Below are positions 45,870 to 55,465 of a stretch of DNA of 64,000 nt, piece by piece. Below the pieces are notes generated by a model. The model was not told the origin of the DNA and ran no database searches. It saw only the letters and a program-made list of their open reading frames with translations. This DNA comes from Woeseiaceae bacterium (lineage in GTDB: Bacteria; Pseudomonadota; Gammaproteobacteria; Steroidobacterales; Woeseiaceae), in assembly GCA_035344075.1 (NCBI GenBank), contig DAORAI010000005.1, positions 1,509 to 65,508 on the forward strand. The letters run 5' to 3'. Positions within the stretch are counted from its first letter, which is position 1. Every line of letters starts with the position of its first letter. The position numbers were made by a program, and so were the translations under genes.

Positions 45870-46955
45870 ATGAACAGAACGCTTTTGCTCCTGGCATCAC
45901 TAGTTGCGGAATCGGCGTATTCCGCCGTATTGCTCGTCGGTCCGAACATGCCGTATGAATTACCGAGTGAGGCCGCGATGGTCGCAGAGGATGGGGATAT
46001 TGTCGAGATTGAGGCGACTGTCTATGCCGGCGACGCTGCCGTTTGGACACAAAACGACCTGGTGATTCGGGGTGTTGGCGGCAGGCCTCACATCAGGGCC
46101 GATGGGGCCGCTGCCGAGGGCAAAGCGATATGGGTGATCAAAGGCGACAACACGGTCATCGAGAACATTGAGATGTCGGGCGCGACCGTAGCCGACGCAA
46201 ATGGTGCCGGTATTCGACTTGAGGGCACGAATCTTACGGTCCGAGGCTGCTATTTTCACGACAATGAAAACGGGATTTTGACGGGCCCGAATCCGGACAG
46301 TGAGGTATTGATTGAGTACTCTGAATTCGCGAATAACGGTTACGGCGATGGGTACTCCCATAATATGTATATAGGCCGTGTGGCAAAGTTTACTTTGCAG
46401 TTCAGCTACGTCCACCATGCCCGTATCGGGCACCAGGTAAAAAGCCGGGCAGTGAAGAACGAAATTCGCTTCAACCGGCTGATGGATGAACGAAGCGGTA
46501 CGTCAAGCTACATCATCGATCTTCCCGATCCGGGCGAGGCCTTCGTCGTCGGCAACGAAATGCAGCAGGGTCCGGATGCGGACAACTGGGCCATGGTGCA
46601 CTCGGCACAGGATCTGCAACTGGTGAACAATACGCTCGTGAACGATCGTAGCAGCGGTGTGTTCGTCACGTTGTCGGGCCCGAGTCGATCAAGCGTCCTG
46701 CAGAATAATTTGTTTATAGGCACCGGCAGGTTCGAGGCGGAGGGCGCAGAAATGCGGGGCAACCTGGTGATTGACGACGGGAAGCTCGCAGACCGTCGGG
46801 GGTTCGACTACAGGCTAACGGCTGCTTCGCCAGCGATCGACACCGGAACACCCGTTGATCCGACCGCACAATTGCTCTGGGAGTACGAGCACGTCGCCAG
46901 CCGCAAAGAGAGGGAAGACGGTGGACAGGTCGACGTTGGCGCACACTCCTACTGA
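45870..46955 (+). CDS. Secreted right-handed parallel beta-helix protein (paralogue of the C-terminal domain of 36840-38828)
   Basis: Signal peptide 'MNRTLLLLASLVAESAYS'. 'DGDIVEIEATVYAGD...LVIRGVGGRPHIRADGAAAEGKAIWVIKGDNTVIENIEMS...NGAGIRLEGTNLTVRGCYFHDNENGIL...EYSEFANNGYGDGYSHNMYI...HHARIGHQVKSRA'. Confidence 0.8.
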   Translation: MNRTLLLLASLVAESAYSAVLLVGPNMPYELPSEAAMVAEDGDIVEIEATVYAGDAAVWTQNDLVIRGVGGRPHIRADGAAAEGKAIWVIKGDNTVIENIEMSGATVADANGAGIRLEGTNLTVRGCYFHDNENGILTGPNPDSEVLIEYSEFANNGYGDGYSHNMYIGRVAKFTLQFSYVHHARIGHQVKSRAVKNEIRFNRLMDERSGTSSYIIDLPDPGEAFVVGNEMQQGPDADNWAMVHSAQDLQLVNNTLVNDRSSGVFVTLSGPSRSSVLQNNLFIGTGRFEAEGAEMRGNLVIDDGKLADRRGFDYRLTAASPAIDTGTPVDPTAQLLWEYEHVASRKEREDGGQVDVGAHSY

Positions 46956-47040
46956 TTCCGGCGGCTCATTATGTCAATGCCCGCATTCCCCGCGTTTTGA
47001 TTTTACTGCAGAAACTCGCACGACTGAGTAGACTATTGCC

Positions 47041-47706
47041 ATGACTAAATCGTATAGCATCCTTTTGGTATCCCTGTCGCTGCTTGCCAGCAATCAGGTC
47101 TGGGCGGAGCTGTGTGGCGGGCCGCTTAGCGACAACAATTTCGGCAGGCCGCTCGATTACACGAGCAATGAGGACAAGTATGGTTATTCGGGCGGCCAGG
47201 GCAACAAGCTGCTCATTGTAGAGAAGCACCATTTCAATCGAGATGTCGAAATGTTGATTGCCGGAATGCAAGGGCCGTTACCGGGCGACATCCACTATAC
47301 GTTGAAGCAGTTCCCGAACCATTATCGAGCTCTGAACACAATGGCTCAATGGCACCTGCAAAACCCGAATCCGACAGATGAGGAATGTGGCAACTGCCTC
47401 GAATGGCTGCTTCCGGCCGAGTGCTATTTTGCCCGCGCGATCGCGCTCACACCCGAGGATCCTGTCATTTACTATATCTTTGGGCTCTATTTGCACAAGA
47501 ACAAGGAGTTGGAAAAGGCCGTCAACGCCTACAACGATGCCTCAACGCTCGGCTTGGACACGGCGGAATTCCATTACAATCTGGGCTTGCTGCTGGTCGA
47601 CATGAAGGACTATGAGTCGGCCAGAACACATGCACTGAAAGCGTACTCGCTGGGTGTGCGGTTCCCCGGGCTGCGAAACAAACTCAAGAAGCTTGGCAAG
47701 TGGTAG
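47041..47706 (+). CDS. Secreted TPR-repeat protein
   Basis: Signal peptide 'MTKSYSILLVSLSLLASNQVWA'. The C-terminal half has TPR-like helices ('YFARAIALTPEDPVIYYIFGLYLHKNKELEKAVNAYNDASTLG...YNLGLLLVDMKDYESA'). Confidence 0.6.
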   Translation: MTKSYSILLVSLSLLASNQVWAELCGGPLSDNNFGRPLDYTSNEDKYGYSGGQGNKLLIVEKHHFNRDVEMLIAGMQGPLPGDIHYTLKQFPNHYRALNTMAQWHLQNPNPTDEECGNCLEWLLPAECYFARAIALTPEDPVIYYIFGLYLHKNKELEKAVNAYNDASTLGLDTAEFHYNLGLLLVDMKDYESARTHALKAYSLGVRFPGLRNKLKKLGKW

Positions 47707-47770
47707 CATATGGCTGCACACTACACAGTGATGCGGTTTGCCAACCAAACAATAACGAAGCGGAAGAATC

Positions 47771-48814
47771 TTGAGCGAATCTGAACGGCCTTTGGTGACT
47801 ATCGTCCTGCCGGCCTTTAATGAAGAGGCTATCCTTGAACAAAACGTAGGGATTCTGTTCGATTACCTGCAGACCCTGGAGGATCGTTATCGGTGGGAGG
47901 TCATCCTGGTCAACGATGGCAGCAGCGACGGTACAGGTGAAATAGCCGAGCGCCTGGCACAGCGCTACGAGGTTTTGACCGTTGTTCACCATCGCACCAA
48001 TTTTGGCCTGGGTCAGGCTTTCAAGACGGCGTTCCGTCGATCGAAGGGCGACTTTGTCGTCAGCCTGGATATCGATCTGAGCTATTCGCCGGAGCATATC
48101 GAATCGCTCCTCGCCAAGATTGAGAGCTCTCCGGCCAAACTGGTGCTTGCATCGCCCTACATGAAGGGTGGCAAGATATCGAACGTGCCGACGCTACGCA
48201 GAGTGCTAAGTGTTTATGCCAACCGTTTCCTTTCGTTCTTCGCTCAGGGACACCTTTCTACGTTGACCTGCATGGTACGAGCTTACGACGGCCAGTTTGT
48301 CCGCAAGCTGGATTTGCGCGCCATGGGCATGGATGTAATGCCGGAGACGGTATACAAGGCTATGATTTTGCGAGCAAAAATCGAGCAGATTCCTGCGCAC
48401 CTTGACTGGGGCTTGCAGCAGCAGGCAGGAACAGCACGGAAATCGAGCATGCGAATCCTGCGCCATATTCTCGCAACCATACTGTCGGGATTTATTTTCC
48501 GACCGTTTATGTTTTTCGTTCTGCCCGGATTATTGCTTCTTGGATTGTCGCTGTATGTCAATATCTGGATGCTGGTCCACATTGCAGACGCATACGGTAG
48601 CGTCACAACGGACCAGGGCGTATCGGGTCGGTTGTCGCTGGCAGTGGCTGAGGCATACGCTTTGTATCCGCATACCTTTATCGTTGGGATGCTGACCCTG
48701 ATGGTCGCAATTCAGCTTGTTAGCCTTGGCATCATGTCTCTTCAGAGCAAGGCATACTTCGAGGATCTTTTCCATCTGGGTTCGTCAAATAAGCGCAGCA
48801 ACATTGACGCGTAA
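47771..48814 (+). CDS. GT2 polyprenyl-phosphate glycosyltransferase (Dpm1/GtrB/ArnC-like) with C-terminal TM helices
   Basis: 'VTIVLPAFNEE', 'VNDGSSDGT', 'VVSLDIDLSYSP' (DxD), and two C-terminal TM helices. The TTG start is uncertain. Confidence 0.75.
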   Translation: MSESERPLVTIVLPAFNEEAILEQNVGILFDYLQTLEDRYRWEVILVNDGSSDGTGEIAERLAQRYEVLTVVHHRTNFGLGQAFKTAFRRSKGDFVVSLDIDLSYSPEHIESLLAKIESSPAKLVLASPYMKGGKISNVPTLRRVLSVYANRFLSFFAQGHLSTLTCMVRAYDGQFVRKLDLRAMGMDVMPETVYKAMILRAKIEQIPAHLDWGLQQQAGTARKSSMRILRHILATILSGFIFRPFMFFVLPGLLLLGLSLYVNIWMLVHIADAYGSVTTDQGVSGRLSLAVAEAYALYPHTFIVGMLTLMVAIQLVSLGIMSLQSKAYFEDLFHLGSSNKRSNIDA

Positions 48815-48976
48815 GCGGACCGGATATCAGGCAGATGGGCGCAGGTCTCGACTCGCTACCGCGACTGTATCGCCAAACACAGTGTGATTGTCATCACGGT
48901 CAGCGATCCCTGGTTGGGCTAGACTCCGTTGGGATCGATTAACGTCGCGTTGAACTTATTGGAAACTAAAGAAAAA

Positions 48977-49954
48977 ATGGGAAAAATACTCGTAACGGGG
49001 GTCGCCGGATTTCTAGGCTCAAATCTCCTGAATAAGCTGATGTCCGAGGGTCATAGTGTTATCGGAATCGATAACCTGTCCATGGGCTACAAGAGAAATA
49101 TCGAAGCTCATTTGGGCAATGATCAATTCCAATTCATTGAAGCCGATGTGACTGAACCTGCCTCGTTTTCCGGGCTGGATGACGGTATAGAATGCATAGT
49201 GCATCTCGCGGCATTCAAGATACCGCGTTACGGTACTGCTCTCGATACACTGCAGATTAATTATCGTGGTACAGAAAACGCGCTGGAATTTGCGAGGAAA
49301 CTCAATTGCAAGTGCGTACTTGCGTCGACGTCTGACGTATACGGCAGGAACCCCAAACTACCGTTCAGCGAAGCGGATTCCGACAGTGTCATAGGATCTT
49401 CGTTAGCACCTCGATGGGCGTACGCCGTGTCAAAGCTGTTCGACGAGCATCTGGCCCTGGCGTACCAGGATGCCTACGGGTTCCCTGTGACGCTGTTGCG
49501 CTTCTTCGGTTCCTATGGCCCCCATCAGCATTTGACCTGGTGGGGAGGACCACAATCCGTGTTCATAAATGCCGTCCTGAATGACGAAGTGATTCCTATA
49601 CACGGCGATGGATCTCAGACAAGGAGTTTTACCTTTGTGTCTGACACGGTCGCAGGAATTTACCAGTCCATCGTGCGTGATGAAGCGAACGGGGAGGTTA
49701 TTAACATTGGTTCGACTTCAGAGATTTCGATCCTGGATCTGGCCAAGAAAATCAAAGAATTGAGCGGCACTCCTGGTGAGCTCAAGATTGAGTTTGTGCC
49801 TTATGAGTCGTTTACCGGAAAGAAATATCAGGATGTCATGCGACGAATCCCGGATACACGGTTGTGCAAGAAACTGCTTGGCGTAGAAGCCAAGGTTTCG
49901 CTGGATGACGGACTCAAGCGCACGATCGAATGGCAACGACAGGTTACGGCCTGA
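48977..49954 (+). CDS. NAD-dependent sugar-nucleotide epimerase/dehydratase (extended SDR, UDP-glucuronate decarboxylase-like)
   Basis: 'ILVTGVAGFLGSNL' (GxxGxxG), catalytic 'YAVSKLFDEHL' (YxxxK). ATG 48977 preferred over TTG 48929. Confidence 0.8.
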   Translation: MGKILVTGVAGFLGSNLLNKLMSEGHSVIGIDNLSMGYKRNIEAHLGNDQFQFIEADVTEPASFSGLDDGIECIVHLAAFKIPRYGTALDTLQINYRGTENALEFARKLNCKCVLASTSDVYGRNPKLPFSEADSDSVIGSSLAPRWAYAVSKLFDEHLALAYQDAYGFPVTLLRFFGSYGPHQHLTWWGGPQSVFINAVLNDEVIPIHGDGSQTRSFTFVSDTVAGIYQSIVRDEANGEVINIGSTSEISILDLAKKIKELSGTPGELKIEFVPYESFTGKKYQDVMRRIPDTRLCKKLLGVEAKVSLDDGLKRTIEWQRQVTA

Positions 49955-50006
49955 ACCCGCGGCAGAACGGCACCTGCTGCCTTTCGTATAGCTCAGACGA
50001 CTTACT

Positions 50007-51350
50007 ATGAAAATAGGCATCATTGGCGCCGGCATGACCGGGCTGGCTCTCGCCCAGAGGCTGACTAAAGAAGATCACGAGGTCACCGTGTTCGAGCGTG
50101 AACCACAGCCGGGTGGGCTCGCGACCTTTCAGGACCACGGCGAGTTTATCTTCGATCGTTTTTATCATGTCATTTTGCCTACGGACCGGTACCTGATTTC
50201 GTTTATCGAGGATATTGGGCTGGGTGACAAACTTCGCTGGCGAACAACATTGACCGGGTTTTTCGTTGATCGGAAAACATATTCCGTTAGCAATGCGCTG
50301 GAGTACCTGAAGTTTCCTCCGCTATCGCTCTGGAGCAAGTTTCGTCTCGGGTTCACGATCCTGTATTGCTCCCGCATCAATGATTGGCAAAGGCTGGAGA
50401 AAATTACCGTTGAAGACTGGCTGCTCAAGTTATCCGGCCGTGCTACCTACGAGAAACTTTGGAAACCGCTGCTACTGGCGAAGCTGGGCGAGAACTACCG
50501 TCGGGTGTCCGCCGTTTTCATCTGGAGTTACATCAAGCGAATGTTTTCGGCGAGAGATAAGTCGGCGAGTCGCGAGCAAATGGGACATGTTTGGGGTGGC
50601 TACAAGACGGTACTTGACCGGCTGGTTGATGTAATCGCACGAGGTGGTGGTAGCGTCAAACTCGGCGTAACCGTCAAACGCATATTTGCAGCCGAAGATC
50701 GTGGTGTCGAAGTCCTGACCGACAAGGGCAGCGAGACATTCGACAAGATCGTATTTACGGGACCGGTAAATGTACTGCAGCAGGTCGTCGATCCAGCGCT
50801 GGTTGACGTCCAGGGCTCGGGCAAGGACGTGGAATATCTTGGCGTGCTCTGCATGGCGCTGGTCACAAGGATACCTTTGACGCCGTTTTATGTACTGAAC
50901 ATTGCAGATGAGCAAGTCCCTTTTACCGGTGTAATCGGCATGAGCACAGTCGTGGACACGGAAGAAACGGCGGGTCTTTATCTCACTTACCTGCCAAAAT
51001 ACATGCTTTCGACGGATGATGAAATGCGCTTGCCGGAGGAACAGGTACGCGATGATTTCATGCGGGGGCTGCGAATCATGTTTCCTGACCTTGATGATAC
51101 CGACATTGTTAGTGCGCGGATTCATCGTGCGGTCAAGGTGCAGCCACTTCAGGTACTGAACTTTTCAGAAATCATACCCACGACCCAAACGCGGCATCCC
51201 GATTTCTTCGTACTCAATACCGCGCAATTTGTTAATAACACGCTTAACAACAATGAAGTAATCCGTGCTGTCGATACTTTTGTTGAAATGTATCGAGACA
51301 CACTGGTAGAAGGTCCGGCAACGCCCGCAGACCTGCAATCAACGGCCTGA
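50007..51350 (+). CDS. FAD/NAD(P)-dependent oxidoreductase (amine-oxidase/desaturase-like Rossmann)
   Basis: 'MKIGIIGAGMTGLALAQRL....VTVFERE...GG' dinucleotide-binding motif. 447 aa. Substrate unknown. Confidence 0.6.
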   Translation: MKIGIIGAGMTGLALAQRLTKEDHEVTVFEREPQPGGLATFQDHGEFIFDRFYHVILPTDRYLISFIEDIGLGDKLRWRTTLTGFFVDRKTYSVSNALEYLKFPPLSLWSKFRLGFTILYCSRINDWQRLEKITVEDWLLKLSGRATYEKLWKPLLLAKLGENYRRVSAVFIWSYIKRMFSARDKSASREQMGHVWGGYKTVLDRLVDVIARGGGSVKLGVTVKRIFAAEDRGVEVLTDKGSETFDKIVFTGPVNVLQQVVDPALVDVQGSGKDVEYLGVLCMALVTRIPLTPFYVLNIADEQVPFTGVIGMSTVVDTEETAGLYLTYLPKYMLSTDDEMRLPEEQVRDDFMRGLRIMFPDLDDTDIVSARIHRAVKVQPLQVLNFSEIIPTTQTRHPDFFVLNTAQFVNNTLNNNEVIRAVDTFVEMYRDTLVEGPATPADLQSTA

Positions 51351-51367
51351 ATTGAGGATCAATTGTC

Positions 51368-51967
51368 ATGTCCGAAAATCCGTACTTTGTCCACGAATCA
51401 TCGTATGTAGATGATCCGTGCTCTATAGGGAAAGGGACTCGTATTTGGCATTTCAGCCACATCATGCAAGGCAGCACGATCGGCAAGAACTGCAATATTG
51501 GCCAGAATGTCGTGATTTCTCCGCGTTGCGTAATTGGCAACAACGTCAAGATTCAAAATAATGTATCGGTTTATACCGGCGTAATTCTCGAAGATGATGT
51601 TTTCTGCGGTCCGTCAATGGTTTTTACCAACGTGATCAATCCGCGGAGTCATGTTGAACGCAAGGATGAATACAAGACGACTCTCGTCAAGAAAGGGGCA
51701 TCAATCGGTGCAAACGCGACAATTGTGTGCGGCGTAACGCTTGGCGAATATGCGTTCGTCGGTGCCGGATCCGTAGTCACCCGGGACGTCCCTGATTACG
51801 CAGTCGTATACGGTTCGCCGGCTCGCATAAAGAGCTGGGTCTGTAATTGTGGACTGCGGTTGTCGCTGTCCGCCGATCTAAACAGCGATGAGTCCGCAAG
51901 CTGTGAATGTGGCAAGCGCTATCAGAAGAAAAAATCATCTGTAACTGAATTGAACCAGAGCACCTAG
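51368..51967 (+). CDS. Hexapeptide N-acetyltransferase, WbpD/WlbB-like
   Basis: '[82 protein letters not shown]'. Confidence 0.75.
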   Translation: MSENPYFVHESSYVDDPCSIGKGTRIWHFSHIMQGSTIGKNCNIGQNVVISPRCVIGNNVKIQNNVSVYTGVILEDDVFCGPSMVFTNVINPRSHVERKDEYKTTLVKKGASIGANATIVCGVTLGEYAFVGAGSVVTRDVPDYAVVYGSPARIKSWVCNCGLRLSLSADLNSDESASCECGKRYQKKKSSVTELNQST

Positions 51968-51982
51968 CAAGGGACAAAACCT

Positions 51983-53164
51983 ATGGCCGCAAACAAAGAT
52001 ATGACAGTGCCGTTGCTCGACCTGAAGGCGCAGTATGAATCGATCAGAGAGCCGGTTCGCAAGGCAATCGACGAAGTCTGTGAGAGTCAGTGGTTCGTAA
52101 TGGGCCCGAACGTAACGGAGCTGGAAGAACGGATTGCCGCGTACAGCGAGAGTGCGCATGGCATAGGTGTGTCCTCCGGTACGGATGCGCTGCTCGTAGC
52201 CTTAATGGCGCTCGAGATTGGCCCGGACGATGCTGTTATCACGACCCCGTACACGTTTTTTGCTACCGGCGGAACGGTTGCGAGATTGGGTGCTACCCCT
52301 ATTTACTGTGACATCGACCCGGGGACATTTAACCTGGATCCGGCGGCAGTATCATCTCTGGTTGAAAATGATTGCGAGCGTGTCGGCGGAGCACTCGTGC
52401 ACAAGGCCAGCGGTAAAGTCGTAAAAGCACTCCTGCCGGTTCACTTGTACGGACAAACAGCGGACATGGCGGCGTTGATGAAGATCGCCGAGGATCATGA
52501 CCTTCGCGTTGTTGAAGACGCTGCGCAATCTATCGGGTCGGAATACATCGACGGCCGCAGGGCGGGCTCGATAGGGGATGTCGGCTGTTTTTCATTTTTC
52601 CCGAGCAAGAATCTCGGCGCGTTCGGTGATGGCGGCATGTGCACCAGCAACGACGACGAACTCGCTGAACGCATTCGGGTTCTCAGATTGCATGGCGGAA
52701 AGCCGAAATATTATCACTCACTGGTGGGTGGAAATTTCAGGCTCGATGCGCTGCAGGCTGCAGTTCTTTTGGTCAAGCTTCAGTACCTGGATGAGTGGAC
52801 CGCGAGCCGGCAGGCAAACGCAAAATCATACGATGCTGCTATCAGCGCAGCCGGTCTGGATGGCAAGATCACCGCACCGCCCACGCGTACGGGGAAACGG
52901 CATATTTACAATCAGTTTGTCATCCGTGCGGAACGCCGGGATGAACTGCGGCAGTTTTTGGGCGACGCGGGTATTGGTACGGAAATCTATTACCCGGTAC
53001 CCCTGCATTTACAGAAGTGTTTTGCCTATCTGGGCTATGCGGAAGGTGATTGTCCGGAATCGGAACGGGCGGCCGGTGAGACGATTGCGTTGCCGATCTA
53101 CCCTGAGTTGATGGAAAAACAGATTCAGTACGTGGTCGACAAAATCTCGGCATTTTACAGCTAG
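51983..53164 (+). CDS. DegT/DnrJ/EryC1-family PLP aminotransferase, WbpE-like
   Basis: 'GTDALLVALMAL', 'EDAAQSIGS', Schiff-base Lys region 'FSFFPSKNLGAFGDGG'. Confidence 0.8.
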   Translation: MAANKDMTVPLLDLKAQYESIREPVRKAIDEVCESQWFVMGPNVTELEERIAAYSESAHGIGVSSGTDALLVALMALEIGPDDAVITTPYTFFATGGTVARLGATPIYCDIDPGTFNLDPAAVSSLVENDCERVGGALVHKASGKVVKALLPVHLYGQTADMAALMKIAEDHDLRVVEDAAQSIGSEYIDGRRAGSIGDVGCFSFFPSKNLGAFGDGGMCTSNDDELAERIRVLRLHGGKPKYYHSLVGGNFRLDALQAAVLLVKLQYLDEWTASRQANAKSYDAAISAAGLDGKITAPPTRTGKRHIYNQFVIRAERRDELRQFLGDAGIGTEIYYPVPLHLQKCFAYLGYAEGDCPESERAAGETIALPIYPELMEKQIQYVVDKISAFYS

Positions 53165-53167
53165 GCA

Positions 53168-54292
53168 ATGCGTACTGTCAGCATAGTCGGGGCTCGCCCA
53201 CAATTCGTCAAACTGGCCCCGGTCAGTCGGGCGATGTCGTGTGCCCAGGATCAGGGTCGCCCCGCAATAGAAGACTTTATCGTGCATACGGGCCAACACT
53301 ACGATCCGGGGCTTTCGGATATTTTTTTCTCGGAACTGGATATCCCGGCGCCGGGTATCGATCTGAATATTGGCTCGGGGGCGCACGGAGAGCAAACGGC
53401 TCGAATGCTGCAAGGGATTGAACGCGTGCTGTTGGACATTCAGCCGGACATGGTGGTCATTTACGGCGATACGAATTCCACGCTCGCAGGTGCGCTCGCG
53501 GCCTCCAAACTGCACATTCCCATCGCGCATATCGAAGCAGGCCTCAGGAGTTTCGACAGGGCAATGCCAGAGGAAATAAATCGGGTAGTGTCTGATCATG
53601 TTTCCGACATCCTGTTCGCGCCAACAACAACTGCGATGGAGAATCTGGGGAACGAGCATCTGTCCGACAGATCCATTCTCGTCGGTGACGTCATGCTCGA
53701 TGCCATCCGGTTCAATAGCAGCTTATCCCTGCTGAAGTCGAAAATTCTCGACAAGCTGCAACTCGAGGGCCAGCGTTACGGTGTCGCGACATTGCACCGT
53801 GCTGCCAATACTGACAGCGGTCGCCTGCGACTCCTGCTCGACTCTCTAAACCGGGTTGCCAGCGACTATTTGCCCGTTGTCTTTCCAGTGCATCCGCGGA
53901 CCGTCGCCCGAATCAGCACTGAGTGCCCGGACTGGAAACCCGGGCCGCGGCTGATGGTGGTTGATCCTGTCGGGTATCTCGACATGATCAGGCTGACCGA
54001 GATTGCCAGCGTGGTGTTGACCGATTCCGGGGGACTGCAAAAAGAGGCGTTCTTCCTGAATACACCCTGCATAACCCTTCGGGATGAGACCGAATGGCCT
54101 GAGACGGTGGACGGAGGCGGCAATATTCTGGTCGGTACATCGCAGGACAAGATCCACCAAGCTGTGGGAAAGGTTCTCAGTCTTGCCGCGGACGGCGATT
54201 CCAAACCCTCTTTTTCAGCGGAAAAGTACTTTGGAGACGGCGACGCCGCAGGGAAAATCGTGGCGGAAATCGCCGATTTCTTGTCGCGCTAG
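53168..54292 (+). CDS. UDP-N-acetylglucosamine 2-epimerase (non-hydrolysing), WecB/WbpI-like
   Basis: 'GARPQFVKLAPV', 'VHTGQHYD', 'YGDTNSTLAGALAA', 'HIEAGLRSFD', 'LTDSGGLQKEA'. Confidence 0.85.
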   Translation: MRTVSIVGARPQFVKLAPVSRAMSCAQDQGRPAIEDFIVHTGQHYDPGLSDIFFSELDIPAPGIDLNIGSGAHGEQTARMLQGIERVLLDIQPDMVVIYGDTNSTLAGALAASKLHIPIAHIEAGLRSFDRAMPEEINRVVSDHVSDILFAPTTTAMENLGNEHLSDRSILVGDVMLDAIRFNSSLSLLKSKILDKLQLEGQRYGVATLHRAANTDSGRLRLLLDSLNRVASDYLPVVFPVHPRTVARISTECPDWKPGPRLMVVDPVGYLDMIRLTEIASVVLTDSGGLQKEAFFLNTPCITLRDETEWPETVDGGGNILVGTSQDKIHQAVGKVLSLAADGDSKPSFSAEKYFGDGDAAGKIVAEIADFLSR

Positions 54293-54457
54293 ACTGTGGC
54301 GCAGTTCCGATTCCAAGTGTGCAGCAGTTCCACACCTTGCCGACCGTGTCTGTGCGATAATTCGCGCGCCAAACGATTATGAGAAGCCTGTGGCCGGTGG
54401 AAACCGCCTGCAGCCGGATTTGTGTTGAACTGTGCCTGTCGAGTCGAAGGAAGACGA

Positions 54458-55465
54458 ATGAGTGAAATTGCGGTCGTAGGAATTGGTGGCTGGGGCAAAA
54501 ACCTGGCGAGAAACTACTTTGAAATTGGCGAGGCCAATTTGCGGTACGTTTGCGACCTCGACGAAAAAAAACTGAAGGCCGCGCACAGCCAGTATCCCGG
54601 CGTGCGTTGCACAACCGATTTCGAAGAAATGCTGAAAGATCCGGAATTGGACGCTGTCGTAATCGCGACGACGGGCCCAACGCATTATCGACTGGCGAGA
54701 ATGGCACTGCTGGCAAAAAAGGATGTGTATGTTGAAAAGCCTTTCGTGCTTGAGGTGCCTCAAGCCGAAGAGCTGATAGAGCTCGCGGAGTCGACAGGTC
54801 GAATCCTTATGGTAGGGCACCTGCTGGAATATCATCCGGTTGTGATCAAGTTAAAGGAGATGATCGACTCCGGTGAGCTCGGCGACATCTACTACGTCTA
54901 TAGCCAACGTCTCAATCTCGGTACCGTCAGAGAAGACGAAAATGCTTTGTGGAATTTTGCGCCACACGATATTTCGGTAATACTGTATTTGTTGGGCAAA
55001 GAGCCTGTTGACATCTCGGCTCGTGGCCAGTCCTATTTGAGAGAGGGAGTCGAGGACGTTGTGTTCTTCACGCTCACGTTTTCGGACAATTCGATGGCGA
55101 GTATCCAGGTTAGCTGGCTGGACCCTCACAAAGTACGCAAACTGACCATTGTTGGAAGCAACAAGATGGCTGTTTTCGATGATCTCGAGTCCAATGAGAA
55201 ACTGAAGGTGTACGACAAAGGTGCGCAGAGGTCATCTGAATACAACACCTACGCCGAGTATATTGGACTGCGTTTCGGCGACATCACGATCCCCTACATA
55301 AAGACCGGAGAACCGCTGCGCGCGGAATGCTTGCACTTTCTGGATTGCATCAAGAATAGAACGCAGCCCGTGAGTGACGGACATGATGGTCTGCGTGTCG
55401 TTCGTGTACTCGACGCGGCACAGCGCTCGCTCAAGGCAAATGGGGCCCCGGTCTCACTGGGATGA
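54458..55465 (+). CDS. Gfo/Idh/MocA-family sugar-nucleotide oxidoreductase, WbpB-like
   Basis: ATG 54458 gives 'MSEIAVVGIGGWGKNLARNY'. 'VYVEKPF' EKP motif. 'VGHLLEYHP'. Confidence 0.75.
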   Translation: MSEIAVVGIGGWGKNLARNYFEIGEANLRYVCDLDEKKLKAAHSQYPGVRCTTDFEEMLKDPELDAVVIATTGPTHYRLARMALLAKKDVYVEKPFVLEVPQAEELIELAESTGRILMVGHLLEYHPVVIKLKEMIDSGELGDIYYVYSQRLNLGTVREDENALWNFAPHDISVILYLLGKEPVDISARGQSYLREGVEDVVFFTLTFSDNSMASIQVSWLDPHKVRKLTIVGSNKMAVFDDLESNEKLKVYDKGAQRSSEYNTYAEYIGLRFGDITIPYIKTGEPLRAECLHFLDCIKNRTQPVSDGHDGLRVVRVLDAAQRSLKANGAPVSLG

